63,988 nt of DNA from Candidatus Atribacteria bacterium (GCA_029556475.1 JAKQEP010000029.1:1-63988); one strand, 5' to 3'. Positions 38,312 through 49,741 are shown, counted from the first letter of the stretch. A program made the numbers and translations. The notes: generated by a model not told the origin, from the letters alone.

Positions 38312-38340
38312 TTGACAAGATAATAAATAGAATTTATAAT
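38312..38340 (+). promoter_or_regulatory. Consensus sigma-70-type promoter for the T-box leader
   Basis: TTGACA (38312-38317), a 17-nt spacer, then TATAAT (38335-38340). Confidence 0.6.
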
Positions 38341-38384
38341 ATCAAAAAGAAATAAAATATTAAATAGGATAAAAATAAATAAAA

Positions 38385-38633
38385 TTTTTGAGAAGAAGAG
38401 TAAATCCTTGTTTGACATACAGAGAGCCGTTAAAGGTGAAAAGACGGTTGCAAACCTGATTGAAGTCCGGCTTCTCTTGAAAGACAATTTGACCTGGATA
38501 TTTAAAATATAATTTTATGAATATTTTTATTTTGAATAGAGGATAGAATTTTCTATTAAATTAGGGTGGCACCACGTGAATAAACTCTCGTCCCTAAGGC
38601 ATTGAACAATTGCCAGAAGACGAGAGTTTTTTT
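38385..38633 (+). promoter_or_regulatory. T-box leader (transcription attenuation), probable Ser specifier
   Basis: The Stem I base TGAGAAGAAGAGTA (K-turn and S-turn) pairs with CTTCTC at 38471-38476. An AGAGA element is present. The T-box sequence AAATTAGGGTGGCACCACG lies at 38558-38576. The terminator pairs AAACTCTCGTC with GACGAGAGTTT and is followed by a T-run. The antiterminator pairs TTAGGG with CCCTAA. The Specifier-loop 3' strand is GAAG-TCC-GG. The UGGC bulge implies a G73 discriminator. Confidence 0.85.
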
Positions 38634-38650
38634 ATTTCAGGGAGCAATAG

Positions 38651-39094
38651 ATGAAGAACAAATTTAAAGATTTTGAATTAGTGGAACATACGGCAGATAT
38701 AGGTTTGAAAATATATGGGAAGGACGAAAAAGATTTATTTATCAATGCAGCTCGAGGAATGTTTTTTTTGATTACTGGTTCTCGTATTTCTCTAGCTCCG
38801 GAAAGTATACGAAAATACTATGCATTAGAAAGTGAAGCTCCTGGCAGAGAAGATTTATTGGTTACCTGGTTAAATGATTTATTATATATTCATTTTACTG
38901 ATTTAGTAATCTTTGATGATTACATTATTGATTATATTTCAGAAGAAGTGATTAAATCTAAAGTCAGAGCTGTAGAGATTAAAGATTCCCCCTATCAGAT
39001 AGTTAAAGAGATAAAAGCAGTTACTTACCATAATTTGCAAGTTTGCCAGAATAAAAACGGAATATGGGAGGCAAACATAGTATTTGATATTTAA
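38651..39094 (+). CDS. Archease (RtcB activator)
   Basis: 147 aa, with EHTADIG near the N-terminus and KAVTYHNL near the C-terminus. It lies immediately upstream of rtcB. Confidence 0.8.
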   Translation: MKNKFKDFELVEHTADIGLKIYGKDEKDLFINAARGMFFLITGSRISLAPESIRKYYALESEAPGREDLLVTWLNDLLYIHFTDLVIFDDYIIDYISEEVIKSKVRAVEIKDSPYQIVKEIKAVTYHNLQVCQNKNGIWEANIVFDI

Positions 39095-39179
39095 TGTTAA
39101 ATCTTTTAATATTCTTATAGAGGAACGATACTGATTGAGAAGATTCTCATCATCTTTACTGTAAAGGAGGGATGATACT

Positions 39180-40643
39180 GTGACTATTAAAGATAATTGG
39201 AAAAATATATTGAAACAGCAAGATACTTATATTTGGGACATACCAAAGGAATTTAATCCTGGAATGCTGGTGGACGGGCGTGTTTACGCATCTGAAAGTC
39301 TTTTGAAACAGATAGTTACTGATAAATCACTTGATCAAGTAGTCAATGTGGCTTGTTTGCCAGGTATTGTGGGCTATTCTTTGGCAATGCCAGATATTCA
39401 CTGGGGATATGGATTTCCCATAGGGGGTGTGGCAGCAACCCGTCTGGAAAATGGGGTTATTTCACCTGGAGGCGTAGGCTTTGATATAAATTGTGGGGTA
39501 AGACTGATACGTTCTAATTTAAAACTTAAGGATGTACAGGAGAGAATGAGTCAGTTGGTAGAACATCTTTACAATAAAATTCCTTCCGGAGTTGGTTCCA
39601 GAGGAATCATTAAGTTAAATCTGGCTGAGGCAAAAAGAGTTTTGGCAGAAGGTTCGCAATGGGCAGTGGCAAATGGGTTTGGAGTAGAAGAAGATATTAT
39701 TTATACTGAAGAGAATGGTAAAATGGCGCAAGCCAATCCAGATATTATAAGCAACAAAGCAATTGAGCGCGGAAGTACCCAATTGGGTACATTGGGTTCC
39801 GGGAACCATTTTTTAGAGATACAGGTAATTGACCAGATTTATCAGCCAGAAAAAGCTAAACAAATGGGATTAGAAGAGGGGATGATTACTGTTTTAGTTC
39901 ATACTGGTTCCCGGGGTTTTGGCCATCAGGTCTGTACTGATCATCTCTCAATTATGCAAAAAGCTGTGCAGAGATATCGTATCGTTTTACCGGATAGGCA
40001 GTTGGCCTGTGCACCGATCAATTCCCCTGAAGGAGAAAATTATTATCAGGCAATGTGTTGTGCCGCTAATTTTGCCTGGGCTAATCGTCAATGCATAACC
40101 CACTGGCTAAGAGAAGTCTTTGAGCGGGTATTTCGAATATCGCAGCGTGAGTTAGGACTAAACCTGATTTATGATGTAGCTCACAATATTGCCAAAATGG
40201 AACTTCATCAACTTCAGGGTGCTGAGGTAAAATTGTGTGTTCACCGAAAAGGTGCTACCAGGGCTTTCCCACCGCGCCATCCCGATTTGCCGTCAAAATA
40301 TAAAGAGATTGGGCAACCCGTTTTAATTCCCGGCGATATGGGACGAGGGTCCTTTGTTCTAATAGGTAATGAAAAGGCTATGCGGGAGACATTTGGTTCT
40401 ACCTGTCACGGTGCCGGTAGAGTGCTAAGTCGAGGGGCTGCTATAAAGGCAGTTAGAAATAGGAATATTGCTCAGGAATTAAGGGAAAGAAATATTATAG
40501 TCAAAGCCAGAAGTAGGGATACTCTGGCTGAAGAAATGCCTGAAGCCTATAAAGATGTTTCAGAAGTGGTAAATGTGATGGACCAGAGTGGCATTTCCAG
40601 CAAAGTTGCCAGAATGCGTCCATTGGGAGTTATAAAAGGATAA
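39180..40643 (+). CDS. rtcB: RNA 3'-phosphate/2',3'-cyclic phosphate-5'-OH ligase RtcB (long archaeal/eukaryal-like form)
   Basis: GTG start behind AAGGAGGG. Motifs GGVGFDINCGVR, GSGNHFLE, HTGSRGFGH and HGAGR. Confidence 0.9.
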   Translation: MTIKDNWKNILKQQDTYIWDIPKEFNPGMLVDGRVYASESLLKQIVTDKSLDQVVNVACLPGIVGYSLAMPDIHWGYGFPIGGVAATRLENGVISPGGVGFDINCGVRLIRSNLKLKDVQERMSQLVEHLYNKIPSGVGSRGIIKLNLAEAKRVLAEGSQWAVANGFGVEEDIIYTEENGKMAQANPDIISNKAIERGSTQLGTLGSGNHFLEIQVIDQIYQPEKAKQMGLEEGMITVLVHTGSRGFGHQVCTDHLSIMQKAVQRYRIVLPDRQLACAPINSPEGENYYQAMCCAANFAWANRQCITHWLREVFERVFRISQRELGLNLIYDVAHNIAKMELHQLQGAEVKLCVHRKGATRAFPPRHPDLPSKYKEIGQPVLIPGDMGRGSFVLIGNEKAMRETFGSTCHGAGRVLSRGAAIKAVRNRNIAQELRERNIIVKARSRDTLAEEMPEAYKDVSEVVNVMDQSGISSKVARMRPLGVIKG

Positions 40644-40671
40644 TAAAAAATTGTTTAAGAAATAGCAATAA

Positions 40672-41973
<1,302 letters not shown>

Positions 41974-42013
41974 GGTAAAATTTTAATGCTGTCTATTTCT
42001 TGAGGTCATTTGC

Positions 42014-42099
42014 GGAGGGATGTCCGAATGGCAAGGGGCCGGTCTTGAAAACCGGTGTAGGCGTAAGCTGTCTGGGTTCGAATCCCAGTCCCTCCGCCA
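42014..42099 (+). tRNA. tRNA-Ser (anticodon UGA), CCA encoded
   Basis: Acceptor stem GGAGGGA/TCCCTCC, discriminator G and an encoded CCA. The anticodon stem CCGGT/ACCGG carries the loop CTTGAAA. A long variable arm and the T-arm CTGGGTTCGAATCCCAG are present. Confidence 0.9.
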
Positions 42100-42147
42100 T
42101 ATTCTATTTAGCCACTTTTTTATAAAACATTTTCATATAAGAGTTGT

Positions 42148-42972
42148 TTGAAGATGAGGGAAAAAGAGAAGGCAATAGGTTTATTGGACTCTGGTTTGGG
42201 TGGTTTAAGTGTTTTTAGGGAACTAAAAAAACAGCTTCCCCTGGAACAGGTTATCTATTTTGGAGACACCGCCCATGCTCCATATGGTGAGAAGAGCGAT
42301 GAAGAGATCCTTTCTTATGTAATCTCTATTATTGACTTTTTACTTGAACAGGAAGTCAAACTAATCATAATGGCCTGTAATACTGCTACTGCAGTGGCAT
42401 TAGATAAGATCAAAAAGAGATACAGTATTCCCATTATAGGGGTAATCCAACCAGGTGCTCAAGAGGCGGTTAATAAAACAAAAAATAAGAGAATTGGTAT
42501 TATTGGTACAGAGGTAACTATTCGCAATAAGAGTTATGAAAAAATAATCAAAAATATAGACCCATCAATAACTACCTACAGCAATGCCTGCAGTAATCAG
42601 GTTATAAGAGAGATGGAAGAACAGTCTTTAAGCAATGAGAATAAGATTAAACTCTTGCTGAAAGAATGTATAAAACCATTGATAAAGAGTGGTATTGATA
42701 CACTTATCTGGGGGTGTTCACACTATCCTTTTTTAAGAAAATATATGGAAGAGGAGATAGGCCATAATACAGTTCTGGTGGACCCGGCCCAAGCCACAGT
42801 AAAAGAAGCCAGGCAATGGCTTGTTCAAAATGATTTAAATAATGATATTGCTATTAACAAGGAAGACATATTTTATATTAGTGGCAATCCGGATTTATTT
42901 GCCCGTATTGCCCAAAAATTGTTAGGATATTCCCCAGGTAAATTTCTTAAACCTTTCAATTACAATTATTGA
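42148..42972 (+). CDS. murI: Glutamate racemase
   Basis: Motifs DSGLGGLSV, ACNTAT and GCSHYP. The start may be ATG 42154. Confidence 0.9.
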   Translation: MKMREKEKAIGLLDSGLGGLSVFRELKKQLPLEQVIYFGDTAHAPYGEKSDEEILSYVISIIDFLLEQEVKLIIMACNTATAVALDKIKKRYSIPIIGVIQPGAQEAVNKTKNKRIGIIGTEVTIRNKSYEKIIKNIDPSITTYSNACSNQVIREMEEQSLSNENKIKLLLKECIKPLIKSGIDTLIWGCSHYPFLRKYMEEEIGHNTVLVDPAQATVKEARQWLVQNDLNNDIAINKEDIFYISGNPDLFARIAQKLLGYSPGKFLKPFNYNY

Positions 42973-43037
42973 TATTTATTTTTTTAATAACTTATCTGGG
43001 AAAAATTAAATAATTAAAAAATATTCAGTGGGTAATT

Positions 43038-43184
43038 ATGGATAATAATCTATTAGACGAATTTAATATTGACAATAATAAACAGGATAGGATGATTATA
43101 TTTGATGGAACAGACAAACCTTTTCTACTTTTTTATCTGATAATCTTTATCCTGGGTATTATTCTTACCCTGATAGCTATCTAA
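43038..43184 (+). CDS. Hypothetical 48-aa protein with a C-terminal TM helix
   Basis: The ATG..TAA ORF is too short to appear in the ORF track. Its C-terminus FLLFYLIIFILGIILTLIAI is hydrophobic, and it lies 22 nt upstream of the symporter gene. The SD is weak. Confidence 0.25.
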   Translation: MDNNLLDEFNIDNNKQDRMIIFDGTDKPFLLFYLIIFILGIILTLIAI

Positions 43185-43206
43185 AAAAGAGGAAGGGAAA
43201 AAAGCC

Positions 43207-44682
43207 GTGTCCATTCAGTTTACCATTCTGATAATCTATTTTATTTTCATTATTTTTTTAGGGGTTTTAGCAGTACGTAAGGTTAAAGCCTCTGACGATT
43301 TACTGGTTGCCGGGCGTAATTTAGGACTGATGTATGTGTCAGTATCCATTGCAGCAGAATATATGGGTGGACTGGGAACGATAGGCACAGCAGAAGTTGC
43401 CTTTAGCCAGGGAATGGGTGTGATATGGTATCACATCGCCTCTTCTTTTGGCTTAATCTTATTTGGGTTAGCTTTTGCCCATTATTATCGCAAATACAAT
43501 GTTATTACTGTACCTGAATTTCTTTATTATCTTTATGACATTAAAACATGGAAAGCTGCTTCAGTTTTGAATGTGGTAGGCTACTGGTTTTTCACCATAA
43601 TTCAGATGACTGCACTGGGGGCATTGGTAACAAGTGTTACCGGTCTGGATTTAAAGCTGAGTGTACTGATATGTGGTATAGCTATGACTATTTACCTTTT
43701 AGCAGCAGGTATGTGGTCAGTTGCCTTTACCAGTGTAGCTTTCATGCTTACCATTGGAACTGGGATTCCAATTGCTTTCTGGTGGGTAATGAAAAAAGAA
43801 ATTCCCCTACTCGCTGCTTCGGCCGGTCTTTCAGGATATTCCGGTTTGGCCGCTGCACTCAACGGAATGGGTCTTGATGCCACCGCACTTTTCAGTCCAT
43901 TTAGCCTGGGGGGAATGGCAGTTTTTGGATATTTTATTGGTGGAATATTAGGAATACCAGCTGCGCAGGCCACCATTAACTATTCTTTTGGTGCCAAAAA
44001 CTGGAAGATAGCACGTTTAGCACCCGTTCTGGCAGCTATTTTAATCTTACCTTTAAGTATTTGGACCGGTTCTATGGGCCTTTTTGCTCGTGCAGCAGGA
44101 TTAACCAATAATCCTAAATTAGCTCTAGGGGCTACCTTAATGAGTATTCATCCTATCGTTGGGGGTATTGGTATTGCCGGAGTTTTTGCAGCACTGATTT
44201 CTACCGTCGCTGGAATACTATTTGGCTGTGCCTCTATTATGGCTAAAGACATCTGGCAAAGGTGGCTTCATCCTGATACAGATGACCAGTACGTATCCCG
44301 CTGGACCAGAATCTGGATACTGATTATAGGAATCAGCTCATCCTTTGGAGCCATGACCTTACCAAAGATTTTAAACCAGGCTTTTTTTGTATACTCTATT
44401 CGTGGTGCATTAATGATATGTGTTGCTTTTGGTATCTGGTGGAAAAGGTCTCATCCAGATGCTGCTTATTGGGCTTTAGTGGTAGCCCTTATTGGCGGGG
44501 TAATGTATCAGTTTAATTTGCCTGTTAATTTTGAAGCGTTTTTTAAGTTACATATTTCGGTCTGGTGCACCATACTAAGTCTGATTACCTTTGTTTTTAT
44601 CAGCTTACGTAACAAGTGGACTACTCAAACATCAAGCGAATTACCTCCTTTTATAAAATACAGAAAGGGGGGCCGGAAGTAA
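43207..44682 (+). CDS. Sodium:solute symporter (SSS) family transporter
   Basis: GTG start behind GAGGAAGGG. The protein has about 13 predicted TM helices and an SSS-like N-terminal block (VAGRNLG...). Confidence 0.8.
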   Translation: MSIQFTILIIYFIFIIFLGVLAVRKVKASDDLLVAGRNLGLMYVSVSIAAEYMGGLGTIGTAEVAFSQGMGVIWYHIASSFGLILFGLAFAHYYRKYNVITVPEFLYYLYDIKTWKAASVLNVVGYWFFTIIQMTALGALVTSVTGLDLKLSVLICGIAMTIYLLAAGMWSVAFTSVAFMLTIGTGIPIAFWWVMKKEIPLLAASAGLSGYSGLAAALNGMGLDATALFSPFSLGGMAVFGYFIGGILGIPAAQATINYSFGAKNWKIARLAPVLAAILILPLSIWTGSMGLFARAAGLTNNPKLALGATLMSIHPIVGGIGIAGVFAALISTVAGILFGCASIMAKDIWQRWLHPDTDDQYVSRWTRIWILIIGISSSFGAMTLPKILNQAFFVYSIRGALMICVAFGIWWKRSHPDAAYWALVVALIGGVMYQFNLPVNFEAFFKLHISVWCTILSLITFVFISLRNKWTTQTSSELPPFIKYRKGGRK

Positions 44683-44865
44683 ATGAAAATTCTAATACCG
44701 TCTTTTTTAAAACTCGATTTAATTATCTGGGGTGTATTGATTCTATTTTTTATTGGTTTTACCATCTATATCAATCATAAATCCTCCAACTACATCAATG
44801 AAATAAAAGCTGTAACAATTGAACTTAAGAAGAAGTTAGGTATTAAGATCTATAGATTGCGATGA
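44683..44865 (+). CDS. Small single-pass membrane protein, translationally coupled to the symporter
   Basis: The ATG immediately follows the symporter TAA (TAAATG). One TM helix is predicted (LIIWGVLILFFIGFTIYI). Confidence 0.4.
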   Translation: MKILIPSFLKLDLIIWGVLILFFIGFTIYINHKSSNYINEIKAVTIELKKKLGIKIYRLR

Positions 44866-45023
44866 AATATTTTAATGATGAAGAAAGAATCATTATATTT
44901 TAAACCCATTTTTATAAATTTATGTTAGTTTTAATATAAAAAATTCTGTAAAGTATAAGAAAATTTACAAATTAGTCATTATTCATTTTTTTATGAGAAT
45001 AATATAAGAGAAAGAGGTTGTTG

Positions 45024-46028
45024 ATGAATTTATTATCAGAGCGTTTTATTTTAGATGGTTGCATATTTACAGAAGGTGATTTTAAAGGATACCAAAAGAA
45101 TAATTTCAAAAGTGGTCTTAATGGATTCTTTCTGACTATACCTTATTCTGGTCTTGGTTTTAGAGCTGCTGCTATGAGTATTGCCAAAATCTATAATTTG
45201 TCTGATGAAGATAACCAGAATTTAAAAATAGTAAAACAATATAACGAACTAATTCAATTTGCAAAACATGACAATACTTCTATCATATTAACATTTCAGG
45301 ACCCAGCTCCTATTGAAAACTCAATAGAATTACTTAGGGTTTTTTATGAATTAGGAGTTAGAGTAATTCAGTTAACCTACAATAAAGCAAATTATCTTGG
45401 CACAGGAGCTACGGAAACTATTGATAGAGGGTTAACTGATTTTGGTAAAAGAGCAATTCTAGAAATGAATAGATTGGGAATAATTGTGGATTTATCCCAT
45501 TGTAGTTATCGAACAACCATGGATGCAATGAAAATAAGCAAAGACCCTGTTATCTTTTCTCATGCAAATGTAAAAGCAATTACCAATAATCCTAGAAATA
45601 AAACCGATGAAGAATTGAAGATTTTAAAAGATTTGGGCGGTGTGATAGGGATTTCACCCTGGGGTCCAATTTGTTGGAAGGAAGAAAAAAAAGTCCAGCC
45701 AACACTAGAGGATTATCTAGATCATATCGACTATGTTGTTAACCTTATCGGGATTGATCATGTAGGTTTTGGAAGTGATAACACTATAGACTATAGTCCA
45801 GATATAAGGGGAACACTGGAACAGGCATTGTTATATCCTACTGTGGTTGGAAAATATAACAAATATGTTGGGACTGACCCGGGAGTTAGACATGCTATAG
45901 GGTTTAAAGGTGTACAAGAAATTAATAATGTTATCAATGGTTTATTAAATAGGGGGTATAAGGAAAAAGACATTTCTAAATTTCTAGGAAAGAATTTTTT
46001 AAGAATAATCAAAAAAGTATGGAAATAA
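45024..46028 (+). CDS. M19 (renal/membrane dipeptidase)-like protein with an incomplete metal-ligand set
   Basis: The blocks VDLSH, FSHAN and GFGSD are conserved. The canonical DGHND is DGCIF here, and the canonical EGG is QDP. The start is set at ATG 45024, behind AGAGG. Confidence 0.7.
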   Translation: MNLLSERFILDGCIFTEGDFKGYQKNNFKSGLNGFFLTIPYSGLGFRAAAMSIAKIYNLSDEDNQNLKIVKQYNELIQFAKHDNTSIILTFQDPAPIENSIELLRVFYELGVRVIQLTYNKANYLGTGATETIDRGLTDFGKRAILEMNRLGIIVDLSHCSYRTTMDAMKISKDPVIFSHANVKAITNNPRNKTDEELKILKDLGGVIGISPWGPICWKEEKKVQPTLEDYLDHIDYVVNLIGIDHVGFGSDNTIDYSPDIRGTLEQALLYPTVVGKYNKYVGTDPGVRHAIGFKGVQEINNVINGLLNRGYKEKDISKFLGKNFLRIIKKVWK

Positions 46029-46043
46029 GAAGGGATAAAACAA

Positions 46044-46862
46044 ATGACAAAATATATGCACATATCCATTGACAAAGAAAGAGCATCATTAGAAACTCAG
46101 GTACATTTGAATAGATCAGATTTGCCTTTTTCTGAAGAAGTAAAAAAAATTGAATTGGAAATTGAGCAAGACTCAAAGAATGTAGATCTTTGGATGAAAA
46201 AAGGAATAGCTCTATCCAAACAAATGCTTTTTAGAGAGGCAATTGAAGCATACTCCATAGGGTTAACTTTTAACCCTTTTCATGCTTTATTATATAGGCA
46301 TAGAGGCCATAGGCTTATTTCAATCAGAAGATTTCACGAAGCAGCTTTGGATTTAGAACTTTCCTCCAGACTAGATCCAACGAACTGGGATACCTGGTAT
46401 CATTTAGGTTTGGCATATTATCTGTTAGAAGATTTTGCTAGAGCTGAAAAAGCGTATAAACGCTGTTTAGAAATTACTAACTCGGATGAACTAATGGTTG
46501 CCATAGTTGATTGGTATTGGATGACCTTGATGCATCTTGGAAAAAAAGAAGAAGCCGATAAACTATTGGAATTGGTATCTGAAAATACAGATCCCGGGGA
46601 AAACTTGTCCTACAAAAGAAGAGTTTTAATGTATAAGGGTATTATTCAGCCTGAAGAGTTAATTGAATATGAAGGTGCAGAATTTCCCGAGCTGGAATTG
46701 GCTACACAAGGGTATGGTTTGGCAAATTATTATTTGTTGCTTGGTGAAAAAGAAAAAGCAAAAGAATTATTTGAAAGAATATTAAAATATAGCAGCTTTT
46801 GGTCTTCTTTTGGTTACATAGCATCTGTTGTAGCTCTGGAAAAAGCTAATAAAGGAAAATAA
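46044..46862 (+). CDS. TPR-repeat protein
   Basis: Repeated 34-aa-like A/Y/L patterns are present (e.g. AIEAYSIGLTFNP, WYHLGLAYYLLEDFARAEKAYKRCLEI). Confidence 0.7.
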   Translation: MTKYMHISIDKERASLETQVHLNRSDLPFSEEVKKIELEIEQDSKNVDLWMKKGIALSKQMLFREAIEAYSIGLTFNPFHALLYRHRGHRLISIRRFHEAALDLELSSRLDPTNWDTWYHLGLAYYLLEDFARAEKAYKRCLEITNSDELMVAIVDWYWMTLMHLGKKEEADKLLELVSENTDPGENLSYKRRVLMYKGIIQPEELIEYEGAEFPELELATQGYGLANYYLLLGEKEKAKELFERILKYSSFWSSFGYIASVVALEKANKGK

Positions 46863-46863
46863 A

Positions 46864-47940
46864 ATGGGAAGAATTATAGCATATAATACAGAAGTACTAC
46901 CAGGAAATAAGTTGATTGTCACTATACCAGTAACGAAAGATTTAGGGATAGATATAAGAATAAAAGCACATATTTTGGCAGGCAAGCATGATGGTCCTAC
47001 TCTGCTTATCCTCTCAATGCTTCATGGAGAAGAATGGTTCTCTGTGTTAATCATTCGAGAGCTGATTAAAATACTTAACACTGACCAATTGAGAGGAAAT
47101 ATAATTGCCGTTCCTGTGACTAATACCTCAGCTTTTAATACCGGTACTAGATGTATAATAGATAACTCTGATGAACCTGATGCTAATAGGTCTTTTAATG
47201 GAAAATACCTATGGATTAGCAATCAAATCACCAGAGTTATTGAAAATGAACTCTTTGCCGTTTCAGATTATTTAATCGATTATCATGTGGGTTCATGGGG
47301 TTCAAGTATGGCAGATATCGGGTATGGTTCTGACTATGCTGATAAAGATCTGGTTGAAATAAGCAAAGGAATGGCAGTTTCTTATGGTTTTCCCATAATA
47401 CATGCCATGAAAATGTTTCAAGGTACTCATAGTGATAGGACATCAATGGGTTGTGCCGGAACAAAATATGGAATCCCTGGCATAGTACCTGAAATAGGTG
47501 GTTTAGGATTTGGAGAAGAGATAGAAAAAGATTGGCTTAATCAGAATATTAAAGGTATCATAGGTAATTTAAAGTATCTTAATATGCTAGAAGGTACTCC
47601 GGACTTATGTTCTGAGTATCTTTTTATTACAGATTACTGGAGAACATCACCAAAGAATGCAGGATATATCGAAACGAAAATTGGTTTAGATAGACAGTTT
47701 ACTTCAATTAAAAAAGATGAGCATTTAGCCGATATAATTGATCCAGAAACTTTTGAAATTATTGAACAGTTAAAATCTCCAGGAGATGGTGTTCTTTTTT
47801 ATACCTGTAGAAATTATATGTCTAGACCAGGAGGTTGGGCTTTTGGTATTGCCAATATGGAAAATGGTAGAAGTAGATGGGTTAAGAAGGAAGATATTTA
47901 TTTACAGAAAAGCCCAAAGAATAGAATAAAAAGCAATTAG
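46864..47940 (+). CDS. Succinylglutamate desuccinylase/aspartoacylase (AstE/AspA, M14-like) family protein
   Basis: Motifs LHGEEW and DANRSF. The start lies 1 nt after the stop of the TPR gene. Confidence 0.7.
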   Translation: MGRIIAYNTEVLPGNKLIVTIPVTKDLGIDIRIKAHILAGKHDGPTLLILSMLHGEEWFSVLIIRELIKILNTDQLRGNIIAVPVTNTSAFNTGTRCIIDNSDEPDANRSFNGKYLWISNQITRVIENELFAVSDYLIDYHVGSWGSSMADIGYGSDYADKDLVEISKGMAVSYGFPIIHAMKMFQGTHSDRTSMGCAGTKYGIPGIVPEIGGLGFGEEIEKDWLNQNIKGIIGNLKYLNMLEGTPDLCSEYLFITDYWRTSPKNAGYIETKIGLDRQFTSIKKDEHLADIIDPETFEIIEQLKSPGDGVLFYTCRNYMSRPGGWAFGIANMENGRSRWVKKEDIYLQKSPKNRIKSN

Positions 47941-48084
47941 CCAGATCTTAATAATTATTGGGACTAAATGAATTGCTAATGAATAAAAAGGAGGTGGCAA
48001 AATAATTTTATAATCTTGATAGATTAAATAGCTCTGAAGTGATATTAGTGATATAAATTTTAAAAATATAAGAAAGGATTTCAA

Positions 48085-49659
48085 ATGGTAAAAGGAAATA
48101 GATATATTTATTTAACATTATTAATACTTTCAGTATTTTTTTTGATATCAGTTAGTTCTTTAGCTCAATCAGCAAAATCTAAAGATGTTTTAGTATATGG
48201 AACCAGTACAGATGCGGCAACACTGGATCCACATGTTCAAAATGACTCTCATTCAGAACAGATAGTTGCGATGTTGTATAACACATTGGTTAAATTCGAA
48301 CCGGATGGGAAGATAGTTCCGGATCTTGCTGAAAATTGGAGTGTTAGTGAGGATAATCTTACCTGGACATTCAAATTAAAAAAAGGTGTTAAATTCCACA
48401 ATGGCAAGGAAATGACTGCTAATGATGTAAAAGGAACATATGATAGGTTTTTAGCTGAAGATGCGGATGCCACTAGACTTCTGGCCAAAAATCTTACTCA
48501 AATGTTTAAATCTGTTGATGTCATTGATGATTATACGGTATCTATAACTACAAAAAGTCCTTATGGTCCAATGCTTTCTTTACTAAGCAACAGAACTTTA
48601 GCAATTATGGATCCAGATGTAATAGCGAAATATGGGGCATCAACGGGTGATTTTGTTGAATCATCAATAGGAACTGGGGCATTTAAAATTGTGGAATGGA
48701 AAAAAGATGAAGAAATTGTGGTTGAGAGATTTGAAGATTATTTTGATGAAAAAGCAAAATTACAAAAAGTAATCATTAGAACAATACCTGAAGCTGCCTC
48801 CAGAGTAATAGCTTTAGAAACAGGTGAGATAGATATGACTAATCAGTTTCCGGCTGAAGATTTACAAAGATTAAAAAACAATCCGAATATTACAGTGAGA
48901 ATGACTCCATCAGTTGGGGCTAGATTATTCAGGTTTGGTTGCAATAATCCCATCATTAGTAACACACTAGTGAGAAGAGCTATTATATATGCAATTGATA
49001 GGCAAGCGATAATTGACGGTATGTTCCCGGGAATGGCATATCCAAGCACATGTAGTTTAACTCCGGTGGTTTGGGGTTATACCAATCTAGGCGTCATTGA
49101 CCAGGATTTAGAAAAATCAAAAAGTCTCCTTGCTGAAGCAGGTTACCCCAATGGATTTAAGACAAAAATAGTCACAACTCCTAGGTATGAAAAAGGAGTT
49201 GAACTTGCAGAGGTATTATCTGCTCAATTATCGATGGTAGGTATAGATGCAGAAATAGAGGTACTTGAGTGGAGCGTTTTACTACCTCTTTGGATGGGGG
49301 TAACTCCTGAAGTTTTTGACCAGCCTATCTTTATTATGGGAGCAGGTACATCAATGATGGATGCCGATGGGGGACTTAGAGGATTATATACTACTACTGA
49401 CACAGGTACCAATGAGAGAAATTATGGGTTTTATTCAAATGCGGAAGTAGATAAATTAATTTTTGCTGCAATGCAGGAAACCAATCCTGACAAAAGATTA
49501 GAGTTATACAAAAGAGCACTGGAGATCTTATATTTAGAAGACCCGATGGGAATAATGTTATTTGATACTTACAATAGAACAGCTTCAGTTAGTAGTCTTC
49601 AGGGAGTTGAAACTAACGGTGTAGGTATGACCTATTTTGAAAGGATTTATTTCGAATAA
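48085..49659 (+). CDS. ABC peptide/nickel substrate-binding protein (family 5, OppA/DppA-like)
   Basis: Signal peptide ending SSLAQS with no lipobox Cys. The blocks resemble family 5 (LDPH, LVKF, DGKIVPDLAE, WTFKLKKGVKFHNG). Confidence 0.85.
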   Translation: MVKGNRYIYLTLLILSVFFLISVSSLAQSAKSKDVLVYGTSTDAATLDPHVQNDSHSEQIVAMLYNTLVKFEPDGKIVPDLAENWSVSEDNLTWTFKLKKGVKFHNGKEMTANDVKGTYDRFLAEDADATRLLAKNLTQMFKSVDVIDDYTVSITTKSPYGPMLSLLSNRTLAIMDPDVIAKYGASTGDFVESSIGTGAFKIVEWKKDEEIVVERFEDYFDEKAKLQKVIIRTIPEAASRVIALETGEIDMTNQFPAEDLQRLKNNPNITVRMTPSVGARLFRFGCNNPIISNTLVRRAIIYAIDRQAIIDGMFPGMAYPSTCSLTPVVWGYTNLGVIDQDLEKSKSLLAEAGYPNGFKTKIVTTPRYEKGVELAEVLSAQLSMVGIDAEIEVLEWSVLLPLWMGVTPEVFDQPIFIMGAGTSMMDADGGLRGLYTTTDTGTNERNYGFYSNAEVDKLIFAAMQETNPDKRLELYKRALEILYLEDPMGIMLFDTYNRTASVSSLQGVETNGVGMTYFERIYFE

Positions 49660-49674
49660 ACAAATGTAACGGTT

Positions 49675-49716
49675 ATTCCTTAAAGGTATTATTTAAAAAT
49701 AATACCTTTAAGGAAT
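49675..49716 (+). promoter_or_regulatory. Perfect 18-bp stem-loop after the SBP gene
   Basis: ATTCCTTAAAGGTATTAT-TTAAAA-ATAATACCTTTAAGGAAT. No U-run follows it. Confidence 0.5.
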
Positions 49717-49741
49717 AGACAGTTATTTCTAGGTGTATAGA

